Positions 59,064-64,000 of a stretch of DNA of 64,000 nucleotides are shown here, piece by piece. Source of the stretch: Octopus sinensis. Taxonomy: Eukaryota. Below the pieces are notes generated by a model, which did not search any database, was not told where the DNA came from, and saw only the letters and a program-made list of their open reading frames with translations. Every line of letters starts with the position of its first letter. Positions within the stretch are counted from its first letter, which is position 1. The DNA is taken from contig NC_043010.1 in the NCBI RefSeq assembly GCF_006345805.1, positions 64,728,001 through 64,792,000 on the forward strand, in the 5' to 3' direction. A program made the position numbers and the translations under genes.

Positions 59064-59832
59064 AATACATATATATATATATACATACATATATACAGCA
59101 TACATAAGAAGGCATGCAACCCACATATCTCAATATGAATTCAAGAAGTATTTAATGAATGTAAGTTTGGTAAATATATTGGTTATAAACCTGTTTAGTC
59201 CCCGTCTCCATTACCACGTTTATGAAATAAAAGAAACGATAAAGTAAGAATCAGATGCAGAGATTAAAACATAATGTTATAGAATATGTTTTAGTTTTAT
59301 ATCATACTTTGTTGACAAAAGGTGCCTCTATATCCAGCAGAACATCCATCTGAGCATTTTCCATTTCTTCTGTCGCACTTTTTGTTGTTTATACAATGAC
59401 ATGTCCCTCTACAATTGCTACCAAATCTACCATCTTTACATTCTGAAAATATTAATACAAAACACAATAGGTTAGATATTATTAGCTCCATACAATAAAA
59501 GTTATGGCTGTAAGAGCTCTCTTCTACAAATATATGTGAGATATCAATGATACGCTTTTTTATTTTCTTATCTTAAAGCATAACTCATGAGTTAACATTG
59601 AAGTAGTTTTTGATGATAAAAAAGAAAGTTGATTTACGCTAAGAAACACTAAATCAAATGTAGAGAATTTTAAAATGTTGGAATAAAAAGAATTGGAAAT
59701 AACCTTCTTGGCAGTTGGATCCGGTGTATCCTGCATGACAGTCACCTGGACACGATCCATTTATGTGGTTACATTTTTGGGAACAATGGCAGGACTTTGT
59801 GCAATTGCGACCAAAATTACCGCTGAGACATT
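2493..59832 (-). CDS. Receptor-type protein tyrosine phosphatase with EGF-repeat ectodomain (partial multi-exon gene; span from first to last identified exon)
   Basis: Phase-compatible GT-AG exons on the minus strand: EGF x5, TM, 2 juxtamembrane, then PTP exons of 88, 74, 25, 98, 123, 161, 136 and 150 nt. These carry [53 protein letters not shown] and MVQ. Signal-peptide exon and downstream exons not identified. Confidence 0.93.
3760..3950 (+). mobile_element. SINE of a third family with (TG)n tail (related at ~50722-50880, ~57378-57535, ~60190-60310)
   Basis: gcttgcttaccaac...ttcagtcccactgc...tggatttggtagatggaaact shared between copies. Confidence 0.75.
3982..4027 (+). ncRNA. Degenerate hammerhead-like motif within a short interspersed repeat (~3950-4105)
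   Basis: GACAC-CUGAUGA-AUGUUG...CAGCC-GAAACGUU-GCGUU; palindromic AACGUU in place of stem III. Confidence 0.5.
4750..4885 (-). CDS. PTP exon 7, P-loop to Q-loop (136 nt, phase 2-0)
   Basis: tttcag|...|gtgagt; [46 protein letters not shown]. Confidence 0.95.
5820..5980 (-). CDS. PTP exon 6, WPD loop to catalytic Cys (161 nt, phase 0-2)
   Basis: ttacag|...|gtttgt; [53 protein letters not shown](S). Confidence 0.93.
7761..9175. mobile_element. Old DNA element with long degenerate inverted ends (~7761-7990 and ~8935-9175) and a nested SINE
   Basis: ttattttgatataaaacttgatggtagtaggtcagatcatcgtta is matched in reverse by taacgattatctgacctaccactatcgatatttatatcaaaataa. Confidence 0.65.
8546..8844 (-). 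mobile_element. tRNA-derived SINE with target-site duplication
   Basis: Minus-strand A/B-box-like head (tggcctagtggttaggg...gattcgaatct), (aac)n tail, flanking TSD attaaa(a)tccgatgt. Related copies at ~935-1050(+), ~23335-23627(-), ~37500-37795(-), ~61777-62020(+). Confidence 0.85.
9890..10575 (+). mobile_element. Penelope-like element RT N-terminal fragment
   Basis: [75 protein letters not shown]. Confidence 0.75.
10971..11230. mobile_element. Mariner-derived MITE with ~90 bp inverted ends
   Basis: tgggttggtgcataattattgcggc...catctttaaatga versus tcatttaaagatg...gccgcaataattatgcaccaaccca; core encodes a transposase C-terminus on the minus strand ([12 protein letters not shown]). Confidence 0.85.
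11290..12310 (-). mobile_element. Non-LTR RT fragment, R4/Dong-like
   Basis: [46 protein letters not shown] on the minus strand; clade assignment by motif resemblance only. Confidence 0.7.
12319..12394. repeat. (TATG)n microsatellite
   Basis: Direct inspection. Confidence 0.97.
13286..13408 (-). CDS. PTP exon 5 (123 nt, phase 0-0)
   Basis: ttgcag|...|gtaagg; [41 protein letters not shown]. Confidence 0.93.
14279..14654 (+). mobile_element. Internally deleted Tc1/mariner-superfamily element
   Basis: TA-flanked TIRs cagggtgattcaaaagtc / gacttttgaatcaccctg; internal [19 protein letters not shown]. Confidence 0.9.
16702..16799 (-). CDS. PTP exon 4, copy A (98 nt, phase 1-0)
   Basis: aaatag|...|gtatgt; [33 protein letters not shown]. 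Confidence 0.93.
18392..18416 (-). CDS. PTP exon 3, copy A (25 nt microexon, phase 0-1)
   Basis: tttcag|AACCAGCGTTATATTGCTTGTCAAG|gtatgt; NQRYIACQ(G). Confidence 0.88.
19517..19590 (-). CDS. PTP exon 2, copy A (74 nt, phase 1-0)
   Basis: tttcag|...|gtatgt; [25 protein letters not shown]. Confidence 0.93.
20512..20599 (-). CDS. PTP exon 1, copy A (88 nt, phase 0-1)
   Basis: ttgtag|...|gtaaat; [29 protein letters not shown](Y), the motif-1 region. Confidence 0.88.
20672..20878 (+). mobile_element. SINE of a second family (related copies at ~21015-21190(-), ~24910-25075(+), ~46430-46665(-) and their duplicates)
   Basis: aaggcggcgatctggaagaatcgttagcacg...gagttcaaattccg...gactttgcctttcatcctttcggggtcgataa; multiple diverged copies within the window. 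Confidence 0.8.
21853..21992 (-). CDS. Juxtamembrane exon 2, copy A (140 nt, phase 1-0)
   Basis: tcatag|...|gtcagt; [47 protein letters not shown]. Confidence 0.87.
22105..22478 (+). mobile_element. CR1/L2-group LINE 3' end (copy A; copy B ~36295-36641)
   Basis: [33 protein letters not shown] followed by a ctaagtt-repeat tail. Confidence 0.7.
24212..24297 (-). CDS. Juxtamembrane exon 1, copy A (86 nt, phase 2-1)
   Basis: atatag|...|gtaggt; [28 protein letters not shown], a basic stop-transfer stretch that bridges the neighbouring exon phases. Confidence 0.85.
25225..26465 (-). mobile_element. Mariner (DD34D) element, full length ~1.24 kb, defective (copy A; copy B 39379-40620)
   Basis: ~40 bp TIRs tatcaggctgaataaaaagtaagcaac / gttgattactttttactcaacctgata; WVPHNL and TCDEK (copy B), [20 protein letters not shown]. 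Confidence 0.92.
26920..28860 (+). mobile_element. Chapaev3/CMC-like DNA transposon relic (copy A; copy B ~41074-43015)
   Basis: [64 protein letters not shown]; stops and frameshifts; putative CACTG 5' terminus. Confidence 0.8.
28976..29069 (-). CDS. Transmembrane exon, copy A (94 nt, phase 1-2)
   Basis: ttccag|...|gtatgt; hydrophobic stretch [24 protein letters not shown] followed by CR. Confidence 0.88.
30891..30988 (-). CDS. PTP exon 4, copy B (98 nt)
   Basis: Matches 16702-16799. Confidence 0.8.
32579..32603 (-). CDS. PTP exon 3, copy B (25 nt microexon)
   Basis: Matches 18392-18416. Confidence 0.78.
33698..33771 (-). CDS. PTP exon 2, copy B (74 nt)
   Basis: Matches 19517-19590; donor gtatat (copy A gtatgt). 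Confidence 0.8.
34691..34778 (-). CDS. PTP exon 1, copy B (88 nt)
   Basis: Matches 20512-20599 by eye. Confidence 0.8.
36043..36182 (-). CDS. Juxtamembrane exon 2, copy B (140 nt)
   Basis: Matches 21853-21992 by eye. Confidence 0.8.
38369..38452 (-). pseudogene. Juxtamembrane exon 1, copy B, 84 nt (2 nt shorter than copy A, so frameshifted; may be consensus error)
   Basis: Same splice sites as 24212-24297 but two single-base losses; reads RKKSNCKTW-stop. Confidence 0.65.
43134..43227 (-). CDS. Transmembrane exon, duplicate copy B (94 nt, phase 1-2)
   Basis: ttccag|...|gtatgt; [31 protein letters not shown]. Confidence 0.85.
44869..44954. mobile_element. Tiny mariner-like TIR element (~86 bp)
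   Basis: TA-cgagggggtgtatgaaaaatcttgagcct...aggttcaaaactgttcatacacccctca-TA. Confidence 0.7.
45849..45931 (+). ncRNA. Degenerate type I hammerhead-like motif
   Basis: UAAC-CUGAAGA-GUGACUAUAUUUA...UAAAUAUAGCCAC-GAAUC-ACGU-AUA-GUUA; 12 of 13 pairs in stem II. Confidence 0.68.
46235..46430. repeat. (ATT)n then (TA)n microsatellite. Many further (TA)n/(CA)n tracts, e.g. 525-607, 820-930, 49448-49600, 52000-52140, 56354-56720, 58760-59095, 60600-60726, 61618-61757
   Basis: Direct inspection. Confidence 0.95.
46700..47480 (+). mobile_element. Highly degenerate LINE RT fragment (RTE/RTE-X-like)
   Basis: [25 protein letters not shown], then a [10 protein letters not shown]-like remnant of F.DLEKAFD. 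Confidence 0.55.
48313..49447 (+). mobile_element. Tc1-like transposon, defective (5' TIR present, 3' TIR lost into (TA)n)
   Basis: cagaggttggacaaaataatgcaaac; [42 protein letters not shown]. Confidence 0.88.
49855..49989 (-). CDS. EGF-like exon, 135 nt type (phase 1-1)
   Basis: tttcag|...|gtatga; [44 protein letters not shown]. Confidence 0.9.
50251..50379 (-). CDS. EGF-like exon, 129 nt type (phase 1-1)
   Basis: tttcag|...|gttatt; [42 protein letters not shown] (translated by hand; this frame is not in the ORF track). Confidence 0.9.
51032..51982 (+). mobile_element. Tc1-like transposon, 5'-truncated, same family
   Basis: [31 protein letters not shown]; 3' TIR ccattattttatccaacccctg-TA. 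Confidence 0.9.
52231..52681. repeat. Long inverted repeat (arms ~217 bp, 17 nt spacer at 52448-52464)
   Basis: tatattaaattagagataaaaccacta...gtgaattaaatatttatctcag versus ctgatataaatatttaattcac...tagtggttttatctctaatttaatata, with few mismatches. Confidence 0.95.
52366..52428 (-). ncRNA. Type I hammerhead-like motif in the left arm of a palindrome
   Basis: CAC-CUGAAGA-UUGACUGUA...UACAGCCAU-GAAAC-GAUC-GUA-GUG. Confidence 0.62.
52770..56350 (-). mobile_element. RTE-clade LINE, near full length, defective
   Basis: APE endonuclease ([38 protein letters not shown]) plus RT ([53 protein letters not shown]); several frameshifts. Confidence 0.92.
56909..57043 (-). CDS. EGF-like exon, 135 nt type (phase 1-1)
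   Basis: tttcag|...|gtataa; [44 protein letters not shown]. Confidence 0.88.
57685..57780 (-). ncRNA. Minimal type I hammerhead ribozyme motif, canonical core
   Basis: UUUUCACUUUC-CUGAUGA-GAAGAUUGCAUUG...CAGUGGAAUUUUC-GAAAC-AUGU-GUC^GAAAGUAAAAA; stems I and II pair by eye. Confidence 0.85.
58402..58474 (-). ncRNA. Degenerate hammerhead-like motif
   Basis: UAUG-CUGAUGA-UGUUG...UAACAAGU-GAAAG-UAAUUA-GUA-CAUA. Confidence 0.45.
58590..58749 (+). mobile_element. Tc1-like 3' fragment, same family
   Basis: [24 protein letters not shown]; 3' TIR gtttccattattttgtccaacccct. Confidence 0.85.
59308..59442 (-). CDS. EGF-like exon, 135 nt type (phase 1-1)
   Basis: tttcag|...|gtatga; [44 protein letters not shown]. 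Confidence 0.9.
59704..59832 (-). CDS. EGF-like exon, 129 nt type (phase 1-1)
   Basis: tttcag|...|gttatt; encodes [42 protein letters not shown] (8 Cys). Confidence 0.9.
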
Positions 59833-60326
59833 CTGAAATGATAACATAAAAACGTTCGGTATGAATTGCTATTATAAGACATAGTTTTATGACATAGTAT
59901 GGATGACTTAATATGCTAGATATTGTTATTTCTTTTAGCATTACAGACACTAGATAGAGATGAATATATATTTGATTCCTCATTGTATTTCAAAGTGGAT
60001 CAATGAAATGTCACTATAGATAATAAGATGAAAGTATTCGCGTAAACTAAAATTCGATGAAATATCAAATATAGATAATTATAAAGAATCACGAGCAGAC
60101 AAGCGACTTCCTTTAGTAACGTTTGCATACGTCGCCTCCGTATATCAGAAATGGTGTTCAATGGTGATAGAGTTATTAATGAATGAAAGTTTGGTAAGAA
60201 GCTTGCTTTCCAAACATATGGATCCGGGTTCAGTCCCACTGCATGGCACGTTGTGCATATGTCTTCTATTATAGCGTCGGGCTGACCAAAGCCTTGTTAG
60301 TGGATTTGGTACATACACCCCCCCCA

Positions 60327-60360
<34 letters not shown>

Positions 60361-60618
60361 TTATTTATACATATAGATATATAAACATAAGTATTTTTCC
60401 TTGGGGCTCGCCAGATTGGAGCAATCTCGAGTATGACCAGCGGAAATTGCAAAGATAATCTCGAACTCGACTGAGGAAAGAAAAATCCGAATGACCCGTC
60501 CTTGTTTTCTTTATATTGTCTATTTGATTTTTTTGTTCTCGTTTTTTTCTGTATCACCTGACTGTCTGGATGTTTTGCGTTCTTGTCCCATTCTGTATTT
60601 TATATATATATATATCCA

Positions 60619-60727
<109 letters not shown>

Positions 60728-60914
60728 CGGCGTACGTACACTTTATTCATCTATATGTAAGTATACAGTTTTCTAAATCTTGCACGACTCTATTTCTGTC
60801 TATCAGCCCTTTCACGCTTCGTTCTTTCGTTCCCCCTCTCTCACATTTCTTTGCCTTCTCTCCTTGCTCATTTCCCTCCACTTTTCACTTCACTCTGTCC
60901 TAGTTGAGTGATAA

Positions 60915-61605
60915 CCAGGATGGCAACAAAGTGCAGACGACTGGCTGGATGGATCTTGAGAACATTCAGAATCAGAGATAAGGAACGATGTTGGTTCTCT
61001 GGAGGACATTCGTCCTCAGCCACCTTGTTTACTGCTCCCAGCAGTATGAAATTACCAGTATGAAATTATCAGCGGACCTTAGAGCAATCCAGAGAAGATT
61101 CACAAAGAAGGTCGTCTTTTTGAAACTGCTCAGCTACTGGGAAAGGGTGAAACAGATAAGATTCTACTCCTCGGAGAGAAGGCGGGAGAATAATGCAGCA
61201 ATATACATCTGGAAGATCCTGGAAATAATTGGCCAAATTTTGGCATTGAAAGCTACACCAATGCCAACGACACTGCATAGTGCCAAAGATCCCAGCAACA
61301 CCATCGCGCTTCAGGAACAATTACTGCAACAGCCTGTGGTTCAGGGGCCCGCGGCATTTTAATATTCTCCCAAAGAGCCTGAGGAACCTGCACAAAGTAG
61401 ATTTAGGCGTTTTTAATTCAAAGCTGGTCTTCTTCCAGTCGAGATTCCTAGATGAACCTACCTCACAGCAAAAGAGGCAAATGAAGGTAGCTACATCAAC
61501 CACTATTCTTCCCCAAGTGTCACATTTTGGAGGAGACTCTCAGTAATAACAGTGTAGCAAAACAGCGGTGCATCAGCATGGCCGCAGCTCTGAGTTGAAA
61601 CTACA
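60915..61605 (+). mobile_element. CR1-group LINE 3' fragment
   Basis: LWRTFVLSHLVYCSQ, AIQRRFTK, LSYWERVK, ERRRE..IYIWKILE, RGPRHFNILPKSLRN. Confidence 0.78.
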
Positions 61606-61628
61606 GAAAAAAAAATGTATATATATAC

Positions 61629-61754
<126 letters not shown>

Positions 61755-62292
61755 ACACATATTTATATATAACTATGTGGAGGCGCGTGACTTAGTGGTT
61801 AGGGTGTTGAACTCATGATCGTATTTTTGTGGTTTCCATTCCTGGACAGGGCGATGCGTTGTGTTCTTGAGCAAACCATTTCATTTAACGTTGCTCTAGC
61901 AAGTAAAAGTGAGTAATTCTGCGACGGACTGGCGTCCCGTCCAGGTGGGGAACCTATACGCCAAGGAAACCGGGAAACTGGCCCTATGACACAGGCGCGG
62001 CTCAAGAATGGACAAACAACAAGAATAATTAACTATATATATATTTATGTATAGATCTACTTATATATATATATATATTTATGTGTATATATAATAAATC
62101 TCTAAACAAGGTATAAACAGTAGCTACACGACAATGTTAAGAATATTTGCCCCTTAAATGTGGCTAACCACTAAGTGTGAATGTTACTGTAGCTTGTAGC
62201 CCCAGGAGAACATCTTCTCCAGCTAGCTATTCCGTGCCCTATCAGTATTTGAAAAGGGAAGCCATCCTTCCTATCGTCGACCTGACGTGATA

Positions 62293-62337
62293 CGCACGGG
62301 CCCGGGTTTCTGGGTATTTACCCGTCGTCAGCGCGCG
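62293..62337 (-). ncRNA. Minimal type I hammerhead-like motif, cleavage triplet mutated
   Basis: CGCGCG-CUGACGA-CGGGU AAAU ACCCA-GAAAC-CCGG-GCC-CGUGCG. Confidence 0.7.
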
Positions 62338-64000
62338 ACAATCACCGGTCTTCCATGGAAAGGGGTCCCAATGCAAATACATATATCCTTCTTCCAGTGA
62401 CGAAAGTCACTGATCTCGAAAAAGTGTAAGACTACATATAGTCTTTTCACCCTCTGAGAATTAGTGTCCCTTTTACGTTTGAGTTTACTATTTTAAGAAA
62501 GGGAGAAAACATTGCAAAATATATAGTATTTCATGTTTCGGGGCTAAAAGCTCACTCTCTCTCCCTCCCATGCCTACAATCGTCGGCAGACTTGTACCTC
62601 TCTACCATAGTCTGAAGATTCTTGATTTTCCTTGTGCAAGATACAGCATTAGATTCCCGTTACCTACTGCGATTTATTTACAGTTTAATCTTTTGGTCTC
62701 CTACTCTCCTAATTTTATCCTTGAGCCAGAAGGCTTATTTAATCTCTAAACAGTGGAAGAAGTTCACGTGATATAAGGACATGTCCACACTGCGGTAGGC
62801 ATTCTTGACCCATGTCTTAGAGCAGACTCTACTCCGAATCCTGGGTGTCTTAGCCTCAATAATCGCTTCTGCTAATTTCATCCCTCACTCGTATTACCAT
62901 CTCAGCCCAGAGATACGATTTGTGGTGACTAAAAAGTAACTTTATACTCCCTAAAGTTGGAAGCTCATGATGAGATGCAGGTTAATGTCTAGCTTAGGAC
63001 ATGATATTAAGAGAGACCAGCAAAAACATGCTGCCGTTTTCGTATTTTCCTTACTTCGAATTCGTTTCAGCCACTCTCCTTCACTTTCTCTTAATTCTCG
63101 CTCTATTTCTTTCTTTCTGTCTGTCTTTCTGTCTGTCTTTCTGTATTTCTTTCTTTCCTTCTTTCTTTGTTTGTTTGTTTCCTCCTTGCTTTCTTTCTCT
63201 CTTCCTTTCTCTTTCACGGCTAGATATATTTTTTCTTTTTTTTTAACGTATCAGAAAGTCTTAGGAACCAAGCGAAATCTGCAGTGAAATATGTCTATAA
63301 CTAGCGAATACCATAACACCATTTCCATTGACAATACTATATAGCCCTTTATATATTTTCGGATCTGCTATAATCGGATCCCTTATTTAGTAAGATCTTA
63401 TTGAGTAAGTTTACCTATGTGCAAAGTTTAGGATCAGATTCCTATTCTAAAGTTAACAGAAAATCTTTAGTGCTGCTTTCGACTATACCTTCCTTTGCTT
63501 AATGCCACTAATATCCAGCGGTTACAGATAGAAAAATGTTCTGTATAGGAGAATATCTTAATTTTACTTTAGGATTTACATAAATAGGTGGGACGGCATC
63601 CATGAATCTTCAAGCCTCCCCATACAGGTGAAATTAGTTGAGATGATTGATAGTTTGAAAATTTATAGAATGGTGATCCTGATAGTCACCGGATAGTTAT
63701 TGTTCTGAGAGGGAAGAACGGGAGGAAGGGAATTTAGTGAATGTTTAAGGGGGTTGAGAGATGGTTAGGATATGGTGAATGGATGTAGTTATAGAAGTAT
63801 TATTCAGAAAACTACAGAGGAACGGTAGAAGACATATTAAGCAATAATAAAAAAGAAAAATGTAGAAGAAACGTGTCTATAAGACATTGATTGGTGTGTG
63901 TTCGTGAGTAAATTATTGTCCGTCAGTTGAATAGACTTCTTTTCATCGAGAATATTCGTGGCAACAGCGTTGTCCCATGGATGTGAGCAGGAAACTGTTT

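Larger units (their letters stand above)
49645..60310. repeat. Three copies of an EGF-exon cassette: ~49645-50880, ~56712-57535 (internally deleted), ~59088-60310
   Basis: Shared intron sequence (gcatgcaacccacatatctcaa ... caataaaagttatggctgtaagag ... attcctcattgtatttcaa ... SINE) around the exons. Confidence 0.93.

Overview
AT-rich, microsatellite- and transposon-dense eukaryotic genomic DNA. The SINE families and (TA)n/(CA)n density look like an octopus (coleoid cephalopod); this is inferred from repeat resemblance only. Almost the whole window is the interior of one minus-strand, intron-rich gene for a receptor-type protein tyrosine phosphatase (PTP) with an EGF-repeat (MEGF10/laminin-EGF-like) ectodomain. 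I traced by hand 5 EGF exons, a transmembrane exon, 2 juxtamembrane exons and 8 PTP-domain exons. All have GT-AG borders and compatible phases, and both WPD and [10 protein letters not shown] are intact. The 5' exons and the exon after 2493 were not found. A ~14.2 kb block carrying the TM exon through the first four PTP exons is tandemly duplicated (~16.4-30.6 kb and ~30.6-44.8 kb), with breakpoints in (CA)n(TA)n microsatellites; this is either a real duplication or two haplotypes mis-joined by assembly. The EGF exons lie in three copies of an intron/exon cassette, each next to a Tc1 copy. Introns hold mariner, Tc1, Chapaev3-like, RTE, R4/Dong-like, CR1-like and Penelope-like relics. They also hold at least six sequence-distinct minimal type I hammerhead ribozyme-like motifs: one with a fully canonical core on the gene's sense strand (57685-57780) and one inside a ~450 bp palindrome. 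All alignments, folds and family calls were done by eye; no database search was run.
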